Positions 1 through 28,847 of a stretch of 64,000 nt of DNA are shown piece after piece (position 1 is the stretch's first letter; every line of letters begins with the position of its first letter). The notes under the pieces were generated by a model. That model was not told where the DNA came from, did no database searches, and worked only from the letters and a program-made list of their open reading frames with translations. The stretch is from Dimorphilus gyrociliatus (taxonomy: Eukaryota; Animalia; Annelida): NCBI GenBank assembly GCA_904063045.1, contig CAJFCJ010000016.1, forward strand, positions 868,001-932,000, written 5' to 3'. The position numbers were made by a program, and so were the translations under genes.

Positions 1-1065
1 ACTAAAATGGTTTATAAAGAATAATTGTTGCACAGTTAAAGAAGTTGTAAAAAGGCGCCAATTTCTTGTTTTTTATTCCCTAAGTAATTCTTTCAATTTG
101 GACAACGTTCATACTATTCTAAAGTTTGTAAAGGGTTTTTACTTGTTATAGAAACCGTCGGTGTTTTTTTTTTAGGGAAAACATTCTGTTTGGGTTAAAT
201 AACCTACGTAGAAGATGTCTAGTAATTGATTTCTTAGTCGATAACATGTGTATTCGGTCTTTTTGAAACTTATTAGAAACTTATTGATTTCTTTATTTCG
301 TAGTTGTTTATCAAAGGAGTAAAAAACACAAAAAAAGAGAAAGTAATTAAAAGTTTAGCTTAATGAATAAAGAAAAGGAAAATGTCGGGGATAATGAATA
401 TTCAATAAATCTATTAATTTATATATAAATTACAATAAAATCGAAATCTGAGAAGGAAAGAGATGAGTTGATAAAAGGAAATTACTTTTATAGAAAAAAT
501 GCATGAGATCTTGGTCGTTCTTAGTATCGCTATTCTTATTATATAATCTAATTCTATAATAAATAAATAAATAAATACGGGGAAGGGTGCAAAGTTCACT
601 CTGCGTTCGACCATTAATCGCCTTTTTCTCTTCACCTCTGTCATCAATCATTCGATTAATGTTCACTTAAATGAGAGAGAAAAAGATGAAAGGAAAGCGA
701 CAAAGCACGAGGGAGATATATACTGTATATACATATCTCTTGTCATTCTAAACATTTTTTCAACACTAGCAAACAGTTTGGTTGTTGGTTTAGAATGTTT
801 TTAATTTTGAGCAAAAACCAAAAACCAAAAGGAAAAAAAAAAACCTCAAGATCTTATGATAAAAACTTTCCAACTGCACGCAGCCAGAGGCTGGAACGTC
901 TATCAATAACAATCTCGAATATTTTCTACGAATATAAAAAACCAGCATCCTTTCACGGCGCACCGAACTTGACGCTCTGTATTGAAAAAAACGCCTATTC
1001 AACGCCGCCCGGTCGGATGATTATCAATTTATAGTACGGGTTTTTTTTCTCTATCTTTCGTACAG

Positions 1066-4000
1066 GTATTGCTCGAGCATCTTCACCTACCACTTCCGCT
1101 ATTTCGACACCTATAACCAGTTTGGACGCCTCGGAGATTATGGAGAATTTCGACAGACCCAGAAGAGCTAGTAGTAGATCAAAACAAAGAAAAAAAGACA
1201 AGAAGAGAAACATGCTACCAACTAGAAGCCAAGATGATAATTGTAAACAATCTAAATTGAATAGAACTTACTCAAACGAGTATAAGATAAAAAAAGTTGT
1301 ATTTGATGGATACGACATAACAACTCGTCCAGTTATGAATGATAGCGTTGCTATGACAGTTGTAATTGGAATGTCATTATATCATATCCTTGATACGGTA
1401 AGTTAAACTGTAATAGTTTGTTTTCTTTTCTTTTCAAAACGTATCTCTTTCATTTCTTCTCTAAAAGTGTTCAATCTTTCTCTCTCTCTCTCTCTATTTC
1501 CCCATACTTTACCTTCTTTCTCTTTCCTTATTACATAATTGTTAATAGTTAAGACTTCAGCTCTTTTACTATCGTAACCTTGACTCTTATTTGATGATGA
1601 TCATTAATTTTATAAGGAAAAAGAAAAGAAAAAACAAGAAAAAAACACCCAAAGATTATCCGTAAATTACTTAATAAGCTACTTTTGAAATTATTAAAGA
1701 AAAAGTAAATCCTATTATACTAATAATTTTCATTAAAATGAATATAAAAAGAACTCTTCCAGACAGAATTTCTATATAGGAGAAAATTAAAAGAAGTTCA
1801 TAGGCCTAGATTGTGTACAGTTAATAAAATATTTCATTACATTCTATATTGGTAATAATTGTAATTTGAAGACTCGCGTTAGTTTTTACCAACAGACTCT
1901 AAAATAGTGGAAACGCTCTATAGACGCTTTTTAAATAATAAAAAAAAATTCACTTGCGGTAACAGCTTAAGCGGAAAGGTTCTCTTTTATTGGGAGAGAG
2001 AGGAGGAAGGGATTTATTGTCAAATATTCCGTTACATCGAAAGAGTGACTTTGGCTTTCCCTATGGGACTTTGTCACTATGTAACCTCTCTCTAACTTTC
2101 TCTCCATCTTCTCTCCCAGTCGAAGGAGCCGTGGTAATTAAGTGATAAAAAAAAGCCTGATAAAATCCTCCTCGTAGGAGCTTGACTTTTTCTCTATATG
2201 GAGGGAACAAATATCCATCTTAGCTTCTGCATCACTGATGATACTAAATAGTCATAGTAATCACGTCTCTTTTAGACATACCCTATCTCGCTCAGGAAGT
2301 GAAAGAAACGATGGCTTTTTTATGAGGTAAAGAGCTTTGGAGAAGGCATATAAGCATCCTAAGCCCTTGAAAAATATTACATGTACCTCAAAAAGGTAGA
2401 TTGATAGGAAGAGAGAGATGGAACGGATATCTTTAATAAACAACTGAACATACTAGAAGAAATCCTTCCGTTAGCCGTCACATTTTACGGAAAGAGAAGA
2501 GACCGAGTCAAAGGCATTTATATTTATATTTGTACTTATAGGATGTCTGATCCACGGTCCAAATCGATATACGAGACGGCTAAACGTCGCTCAAACAACT
2601 CTAGGTCTACCTTTTTTTCCCGGTAATCTTATAAAAGATATAGGCCCCGTAATCCTCAAATATCTCTCTACTTATATAAATGTGTATATAAACTATTATA
2701 AAAGCAAATTGAATGGTTAAAACCTCGAAAAACTTTGGTTAAAGCTAAAAGAAAAGAAAGAAAGAGAAATTGAGGAGAAAGAGAAAAGGAAAGCTGTTAT
2801 AATATTTAATATCCTCCTAAAGCCTAAATCCAAAGTAAAATCATGTTTCGAGCTGTTTACGTAAAGGTCTATTGGGGAAATTAGATATTTTTCAAATATC
2901 TCTTTCTTACCAAAGATAAAAGAAAGTAAGAAGAATTTCTAATGAAATTCCAGGTTGAATATTTTCTTTTTGGAGATTTCCTCTCTCTCTCTCTCTCTCT
3001 CTCTTTAGATATATTAGTATATACAGCATATATATATAAATTCCTTTCTCTTTTCCCTTTTTCATCTCCCCTACGTTCGACCTTCCTCCTACCCTCCCTC
3101 TCTAACCCTCCTTTCTCATTCTCTTTATCAAACTACATAGATAAAAGCTATTTCAAAAAGCTATTGCAGTTTTTCCTATTACAGTCGCTTTCATCAAATA
3201 GACATTGCTGAACAAATAGAAGAAATTCTATTACCTTCTACAAAATACTTTAAGAGATGACAAGTTTTAAGTTTCGTAAAAGTCATCATAGTTTATGAAA
3301 AGACTATAGAAATGACAAGGATTTTCTGAAAATATAACATAAAAGCAATAAACATAAACCCTACCGAAGGCGGTTGAAAAAGACAAACAATCTATTACGT
3401 AGACCAATTAATTAAAGGTTGGCCAATTTTGTTACTTTTTTACTCTAATCAACAAACAACAAGAATTTTCTTTGTACATCTAAAAAACTGGATAGTTGGA
3501 TTGTATTAATTGGACTAATAGGAAACTTTTTGCAGTAGGCAATCCGATATCTCTGATATATAGAGTATTGGCTAAATCTAAACATGTAAATAAAAGCAAA
3601 CAATCCTCACTATTCTACTACGTGTAAAAAAACCTATGCTCTTATTTTTTTCCATTTTCTTCATCATCATTATCATCCTCTCCCCTTCTTTCTCTCTCTC
3701 TCTCTCTAGTATTAATTTATGTGAAAAACTTCCAGATATGGTTTATATTCTAATTTTGTTCTCTTCACGTTTATCTTAATTTTCCCTCTTATCTTTTCTT
3801 TATCATTTAGAATGAAAAAATGCAAACTTTATCAGCCCTAATCGCCCTGAGACTGGTGAGTAGATAGAACTAATATTTACAGGGGTAATGGAGATAATAG
3901 AGTTAATTAAAGCAGAGATGGACGGATGAGTATTTGGCTTGGAACTCTTCGGAGTACGGCGATATAAAGAAAATTTGGACGCCGGCAAGAGATATTTGGC

Positions 4001-5870
4001 GACCTGATATAGTAATAAATAACTTGTAAGTAAAAAGTAAACAGAGCATTGAATGATTTATAGAATTTGCATTAATTTAAAATAAATTAAGTAAAGAGAA
4101 TGACGAAATGGTGATGTAAACGTTTGTAATGTTCTTTTGGACTAAATTACAAACTTTCAGTTGAATAAATCCAATTACGGGCAACAAACAATACAATGGC
4201 GTTTGAAGGTAGAAACAAAGTTTTGATGTAGCAAGAAAAAGAAGCGTGTGTATATTAATTTGCCTAAAGCTAATTTAAATTTTTCCCTTACGATCTATCC
4301 CTTCCCTTTTCCCCCTCCTCCCCTTCCCCCTAGACAAAGTCTTCCCCTAACCCTTCGCCCCCCTCCTCCTCCTACTCCTCCTCTTCGCTTTTTCTTTCTC
4401 TACTTCAACTTTGATAAGCGCATTAGCATTTTTAACAAGAAGAAAGAGATCAATGAGAAAAGGTTATAACTCGCCTCTAAACGCAGTAAATGTATTTATT
4501 ATACGAAATTTGATTTTTTATTTACCTAAATATAGTTTCTATCTATAGAATTTCACTACAAATTGACACATTGAATAATGTACATCAATCATTAGCACCA
4601 ATTGTCTAATCATTCCAAAGTAATTTTTAATTTATTCATATTTAATTATTGTTATGAATACATTAAAGTAAGAGGAAAAAGTTCATAGAAGGGCTCATTT
4701 AAATAAATAGCTACTATCGTTTAAAGAAAAGGACGAGTTCTATAAACGTGTGGGAGGGGATAGAGAGATAGAGAGAGAGAGAAAAAAGAACACAGAATGT
4801 TTCCTCATCAATTTCTAAACTTGTCACACCATATAGAGTGACTTTTCCAAAAATATGGGTAATGTATAGTTTGACCTTTTGGAAGTTAAATAATTAAATG
4901 TCGTGAAGCCTTTAATCATATAATTTACAGTTTGGCGATAAGTAAAATATTTCGTAAAATATAAATGAAACAAGATTTAAAAAGTTAATTGCAGAATTGC
5001 AGTTGTTAAGCTTTTTCCTTCTTTTCTTTGTAGTTTTATATTTAATACATAAATAAACAAACGGATAAAGCTTAAAAAGTTTAACCTTCACCATTTCGTT
5101 TTGTACTTTAATGTTTCTTTTTTCACGCGTCAAAGTCGCCTATGAAAAAGGAAAAAGTACAAAATAACGAATAAACTGTAGCTGCTAGTTTTTACTTAAA
5201 TGAATTAAATAGATTAAACGCTTCAGCGCCGACGACTCGTTCAAAGATTTCCAGGATACGAACGCTATTATTAGTAGTGATGGTGGTATTCTGTGGATGT
5301 TTCCGGCTGTCGTCAAAACCTACTGCACATTGGATGTTCGACATTTTCCATTTGACAAACAAAATTGTGCAATAAAGTTTATCTCTTGGACTTTTAATGG
5401 TTTCAAATTGAACGTAAGTTCATTCAATATTTTCATTTTTGTTTGAATTGTTTGGGAAGGTAAAAAGTAAAAAAGTTGTGAAAAATAGCAATTTTTCATA
5501 CAGCCAATTTCCTGAGTATAAATAACGTTTATTGGCCTAAAATCGATAATTTTTTTATTTCCGTTTAATGTGGCAAGATTAATGCATTTTATTAAAAAAA
5601 AATTGAACATTAGCAATTTATTAATAGCAATTCTAATCGCAAATTTCATTGATTTATTGCTTAGTTCAAGAATAGGTTCTGTTGTGATTATTCTTAAGTA
5701 AACCCAGCCAATATTGTTATCTAGAACAATACCCGAATCTTTACAATTGAATACAAAACTCCCCAGTCTAATAGTTCTATTTCAATTCCTGATAGATCAA
5801 TGGCGCCTCCTCATTCTCTCTTTTCTTAGTTTTTATTTTTCTTGGACGTTTTTCTTTATTTAATCCTTTC

Positions 5871-5920
<50 letters not shown>

Positions 5921-7935
5921 CTTTGTCTCTCTTTCTCTTGACTGAGTTTCTGGAATAGACAAACGTGATTTGAAAAGAATCCAACAGATTACAACCTACT
6001 TTTTAATTATGCATTAAGATATTAAGTAAAAAAAAAACAATGGTCGATTACTATCGTCAATAATTACTATTTTAGTAATTGGTATACCTAATATTTATTG
6101 AATTTAACTTTACAATGACTGAGCTATCATCTACACAATAACCTTTACAGAAGAAAACTGTAAAAGAGGGGTTAACGCGGGAAAATAGGAGAGAAGGAGA
6201 ATGATATAGGCTCAGAGGAAGAGAGAGAGAGAGAGATGGGGAAACAGAAAGGCAAAAGAGAAGAGCATCATTCCTTTAAAAAAGGACGCACAATGGTCCC
6301 ACACAATTTGCCAACAAAAGCAAATGGCTTTTCCATAAGCCTCAGTATATCTCAATCCCAGCAAGACTTTTACAATTTTAATCCTTCCTTCCCTCTTTTA
6401 GCCATCTCCTTGAAAAGAGAAATAATTTCTCAGCATTTTCTCAGTTTTTCTCTATATTGACCTCAACTTGTCTGAAGAGACAATGGATTGTTTATCTATC
6501 GTATTTGTCTTGTCTAAACGTTTGCGAGAATATTGTAAAATCAGCCCCGATTCCATGGTAATTATAATCAATTATCTCCGCTAACTATTGGACTAATTTG
6601 CAGGGGACATTAAGTGAGAGAGAATTGAGTATATACAAATCTTCTGTTATCTCTTAGCCCTACTCCTCTCATGGGTTTTCTTTTGTTCCCATTAGAATGT
6701 ACTTAATTAAAAAAAGTTTCACTTTTCTAATTCGGACAAGGGAATAAACGATCGTTTAAAGGGAGGCTAATTGATTCCTCTTCTCTTCTCTTCTTTCTCA
6801 ATCTTTTCTTTTCCATTTCCCTGCTAGATAGCTCGTAGATATCGAATACCAACAATAGGATAGTTTTTCGTTTGCCACTTGATTTTCACTAGACAAACGC
6901 CACCTATAGGTGTACACGAAGTGAAGATTATATTAAGTGGTTTTATAGTGAACCACTTAGAACACTTGGCGTACATTTCGAGTTGTTTCTTTTTTTCGTT
7001 GTCAATTTATCATGCATGCTTTAATAGCTTCATCTTAAGTAGGAAGAAATTCGACCCTATTACTTTCTCAATACTTTACCTTTCAACTGGCTTTTTATTT
7101 CTATCGAATTGTTTTTTGTTTAGTGTAATAAACAGATTTTTCTTCATTTTACCATACGCAGGTCAATTACGACGAATCAGAAAATAATACGGTCTACTAT
7201 AAGCCAGATAATCAAGAATGGTACGTAAGCAACATTACTACAGAACGAAATGAGCAATTTTACGCCTGCTGTCCGGAACCTTATCCCGATGTTACTTTTA
7301 CCATTCACATGACCAGAAGGTCATTGTTTTACGTAGTGAATTTGATTTTTCCGTGTTTGCTCATCTACGCCGTAGCCTTCCTGGGCTTTTTTCTACCTGT
7401 TGAGAGTGGTGAAAAAGTCAATTTAGAAATTACCATCCTTCTCGCCCTTGTGGTCTTCCTCCTAATTGTTGGGGAAACTCTTCCACCTACTCCAGATGCA
7501 ATACCAGTTTTAGGTCTACTCTTTGGTACTACAATGTTGATGGTGTCCATAGCATTGGTTATGGCAGTAATAGTAACAAATATCTACTTACGTAAGGATG
7601 CCCAGAGGCCAGTTCCTAATTGCTTACGTTATTTGTTTGGCATGGAAAAGTGCAGAAGGAAAATGGAATCTCCAAAAATTCGTGCTGTAGGTGATGCTCG
7701 CCCATTACGAGAAATTCGCGACGCTACCATTGAGTTAGATTCATTATCTATAGAACGTAATCATATTTTTGAAAGAAGGAGATCAAGTGACTCACGAGAA
7801 TCAATTTCACATGATAAAGATTGGCTGATCCTAGCTAAAATTGTTGATAGGATTTGTTTTTGGATTTTTTTATCAGCCAGTGTTACTGCAATATCAGCAA
7901 TGTATATGTCAATTCCTTCCTTCAATACATCCTAA
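1066..7935 (+). CDS. Pentameric Cys-loop ligand-gated cation channel, nicotinic acetylcholine receptor alpha-type subunit (alpha9/10-like invertebrate clade). Exons 1066-1397, 3811-3855, 3916-4025, 5227-5413, 7162-7935; signal-peptide exon not resolved (upstream, phase 1)
   Basis: Spliced translation gives DGYDITTRPV...LYHILDT|NEKMQTL...RL|RWTDEYLAW...IWRPDIVINNF|ADD...Cys loop CTLDVRHFPFDKQNC, loop B SWTFNG, loop C with vicinal cysteines FYACCPEPYPDVTF, M1 YVVNLIFPC, M2 SGEKVNLEITILLAL, and M4 WLILAKIVDRICFWIF. All junctions are GT-AG and phase-compatible. Confidence 0.93.
5877..5920. repeat. Compound (CT)n(GT)n microsatellite
   Basis: Read directly from the sequence, in nAChR intron 4. Confidence 0.9.
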
Positions 7936-8016
7936 GTGTTTCATTTCTCCTTTCATACTTTTGACCATCTTTAGACAATTCATTCTGCTCTCTTTCTCTC
8001 TTCATCTTTTACAGTT

Positions 8017-8021
<5 letters not shown>

Positions 8022-8054
<33 letters not shown>

Positions 8055-8061
8055 ACACACA
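8022..8061. repeat. (AC)n microsatellite in the nAChR 3' flank
   Basis: Direct dinucleotide run with one interruption. Confidence 0.9.
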
Positions 8062-9253
8062 CTCTCTCTTTCTATCTCACTGCATATTTGTTTCAATTTA
8101 ATACGTATTTAAAAGTAACTCTTTATATTATTATTACATTGTTATGTTTCATCTTTGAAAACAAAAACTCTACAATATATAATGTACTCATTTGAATATT
8201 CATAAGTTAACAACTAAAATATGAGCATTTTACTTAAAAACCATTGTTTATTTAAACTTTATATTGAGTGATGAACATAATCCGAATAATAACAATAATA
8301 ATAATAAAGAAAATTGAATGATAATATAATTTGAACGTTGATTTTTTGACTTTTTACCATCTTGCTGTTTCCATTATCTACGACCTGTTTCTTGTTGAGA
8401 TACAGCTTTAACCGTCTTTCCTCTCAAAGAGGGATGATGAGGTTGCTTCATAAGTCAATGAACTACGTACAATAGGTTAAGGAGGAAAGGTTTCATTAGG
8501 TGACAGAGAAAGAGAAGAAAAAATATGCGAATGAATGAATGAATAAATGAATGAACAAATGAGAGAAGAGTAAGTAAAGAGAAAACGTCTGAGAATAAGA
8601 AAGAGTACGAAGAAAGGAGAGGAAAATAACAAATTATTTTTTCAGGCAGAAGATATCCGCGTGACTACATTTTCATACAAAGAACGTATACCAAACTGCA
8701 CTCTTTCGTGCAATTTTTATAATATACTAAATATAGACTACACAAGAATTATAAAAGTCATAATTATTCTTTATATCATTCACACTTTCTCTTCTGGAAA
8801 ATACAGCTTTTCCTCTTGTTCGTAGCGTCTAAAGAACTAATCGAATTATGCAAACTTTTATCACTTTTGATATGACGTTTTCTTTAAAAAATCATTTAAT
8901 TTAATATTCTTTATCATGTATTTTTGTAAATCATCACATTGTTTCTTATGTACATCGTTAAATAAAAAAAGAAGCAACCAAAGGCCTATTATATGTGATA
9001 TGTATACGTCAAATTGACTAGTTCAAAAAAATTATAGGAGAAAATATCTTCTTTTTTAACAAAGCACCAACTCGCGCCAAAGTTTTTTTTATTATTATTA
9101 AGTATATCTCTCCGAAAGATGGAATAGGACGAGGAGAGTGGGAGGAGGGGTGGAGGGAGGGAGGGAGAGAGGGAGAGAGAGAGAGAGAGAGAGAGACGAG
9201 GGAGAGAGGTGTAAGGCGCTCAGTTTATCGTATGGATGCATGAATCGACTTCA

Positions 9254-26437
<17,184 letters not shown>

Positions 26438-26673
26438 TATAACTACATCCGAAATTTTGAAAGAGCGAATTTAAAGAGCCATACAAAAATGAAGATTATC
26501 CTTTAAAAAGGCTCTCTATAATCTTGATGTGCTAAAAATTTTCCTCTAATCGAATTTCGCTTATTTCTGATAAAAACATGTATGCACCGATCGGTGTGAA
26601 GTATCCTTTTTCGCCGATAAAATACCAATACCTGGTACTTTTAATTGGCACTTTATCAGACTATGCTTAGCTA

Positions 26674-26685
26674 TGCGCATGCGCG
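26674..26685. promoter_or_regulatory. NRF1/EWG-type palindrome TGCGCATGCGCG about 240 bp upstream of the MAGI ATG
   Basis: Exact match to YGCGCAYGCGCR in the likely proximal promoter of MAGI. Confidence 0.45.
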
Positions 26686-26872
26686 AAATGATACATCAGT
26701 AACGCCCTCTACTGTCCGTTCCATTGTAACATGTAACCTGAATTTAAATAAAGACAAAAGGGGAGTAGATTAGTTTAAGAGTGATGATAAAATTAAAGCT
26801 GATAATATTAGAAATAGTAATAATATATAAATAAATTATAATTGCGCATAATAATTAGATTCTAATCTAACA

Positions 26873-26874
<2 letters not shown>

Positions 26875-26922
<48 letters not shown>
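26875..26922. repeat. (TA)24 microsatellite
   Basis: Uninterrupted TA run read directly. Confidence 0.92.
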
Positions 26923-26926
<4 letters not shown>

Positions 26927-27517
26927 GAGAGAGATTGAAGAGAATAAGAAGGAAGTAATTCAAAAGAAAAAACCCTCAATGAACAAATGGAATTATTCAA
27001 AATATTTCATATCGAAAGAGATATTGTACGATATCTCTCCCACAGTTGCAACACACTATAAAAGAACCAAGTTTTTTTCGTATTTATTAAATAATAGAAG
27101 AAATATTTTACAATCAATCTTTCTATTCTTTTTCCTCCTCCTCTTCTTCTTCTTCTTCTTCTCCGCCTCCTCCTCTTCCTTCCCTTTCTCTCTATCCACT
27201 GAGAATAGACAACTACAATTTATTTCTAGATATATCTAAACTTTTCTATTCATACAAACGTATAAATTTTATATGAATATAATAAAGGTAAAATAACTTC
27301 TATACGATTGATAAGAGAAAGGAAGAAAGACAGACGGACAGCATGACAGACTGTTAGAAAAATGTTAAGAATAAACATACAACTCAACGGATCTTTATCC
27401 GTCAATTTCTTCCTCAAGCTCATTACTTTTGCTTTTTGTTTATTTAACGTAAAAACGACAAAAAACCATTTTGAATATTTGAATCCAACATTTTGTTAAA
27501 CGTAATGTAGAAACGAG

Positions 27518-27528
27518 AAAAAAAAAAA
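27518..27528 (-). terminator. RNA polymerase III terminator (T11 on the minus strand) just 3' of tRNA-Val
   Basis: The A11 run on the plus strand begins 5 nt past the discriminator base of the tRNA. Confidence 0.75.
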
Positions 27529-27532
27529 GTAA

Positions 27533-27605
27533 TGATTCCGCCGAGGATCGAACTCGGGACCTCTCGCGTGTTAGGCGAGCGTGATAACCGCTACACTACG
27601 GAATC
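27533..27605 (-). tRNA. trnV-AAC: tRNA-Val (anticodon AAC, read as IAC)
   Basis: The minus strand reads GATTCCG TA GTGTAGCGGTTATCAC G CTCGC CTAACAC GCGAG AGGT CCCGA GTTCGAT CCTCGG CGGAATC A. It is 73 nt with a 7-bp acceptor stem, 5-bp anticodon stem, GTTCGA T-loop, intact A/B boxes and no intron. Confidence 0.96.
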
Positions 27606-28847
27606 AACTGAAAGTATAAGCGTTATTTAGTATATATGAACTGCCGTACCGTTAAATATATACCGAATATTAGTCTATTGCTAGTACCAATGTTTTCTGA
27701 TACCTTTAGAATTTTTTTCTTTTGAGTTTACTGATTATCGTAATCCTATAGATGTAAAAGATCTCGTGGGAAATTGATTAAATGGGAATTTCTTTTAAAG
27801 TAATTGAGAATAAATACAGCAAATTAGTGTACAAAAATCAACAAGAAACGCTTTTATAAGCATCATTTTAAAGATTAAATCAACTATTATTTTAGAACCT
27901 AATTACAAGTTAATAAAACAAAATCTTGGGTATTTCTAAATAGAACTTGACAGCTGATAGAGAGTTTTCTAGCTTACTTTATAAACAATGCCGAGTGACC
28001 AACGTGGGAATTTACTATGGGCGAATTTCATTTCGCTTTCGTCTGGTTGTTTTTATTATTCTTATAACTAAGCGTCGTATTGAAAATGATGGGGAAAATA
28101 ATTTATTATAAGAATTCTCTGTCTGACGTCATTAGCCAGCTAAAAGAGAAATATATAGTTAAATAAGGGGTTGTAGCCTTTTTATGGGAAAGATATTGAA
28201 AGATAAACAGTAATCTTTACGATATAATAAAATAAGTCTTGTGTTACTTCCTTACTAAATTAGGCGTAATAAAAACATACCATCTATTGAATTTTTGAAC
28301 GCAATTGTCATCTTAAGTTGGTAAATAATTGAGAAGAAAAGATATTCTTTGCCTGGTTTCTTCCCGATTTCAATTCTAAATTGAAAAAGGATTTTTATCC
28401 TGATCTAGGTCTATAGTACTTTCCCAAGAGTATTCTGTTTTATATAAATGTTAGATTGATTACGAGCAGACCGACAAAAGGATGAATATTCTTTACGATG
28501 CTCTATTTCGTTATTGACTAACTCTTCTTCGTGCTGTTCCTTAGACGTAGATGATATTGTCTATCAAATAAACTTAAGTTATCTTCTTACTAAATATCTT
28601 TTCTTTCTAATACTCAATCATTTATCTTTATCTATCTATTTGTCTGTCTGTCAATCTCTTCCACTCCCCCCCTCTCTCTCCGTAAACGCATTCACTTTCA
28701 AGCATTAAGGTCTTAATCAGCAAAAATAATAATTTATTGTAAAAATTGAAATCATATTTCTTACTAATAGATATTAATAATAATGAGGAAGTCTTCTTCC
28801 TATTCAACTAATTATAATACTCTACATTTTACTCAATGAATTTCTCC

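Noticed and set aside
495-560. Short hydrophobic ORFs (MRSWSFLVSLFLLYNLIL*, MHEILVVL) as the nAChR signal-peptide exon
   Set aside because: One ends in a stop with no donor. The other needs a weak A|GTATCG donor. Neither can be supported without transcripts.
2542-2720. GC-richer open frame (MSDPRSKSIYETAKRR...) in nAChR intron 1
   Set aside because: Its splice phases do not match the flanking nAChR exons and it has no recognisable homology.
8430-8600. Possible C/D-box snoRNA (ATGATGA ... CTGA)
   Set aside because: The boxes are about 150 nt apart with no terminal stem, and the location is not intronic.
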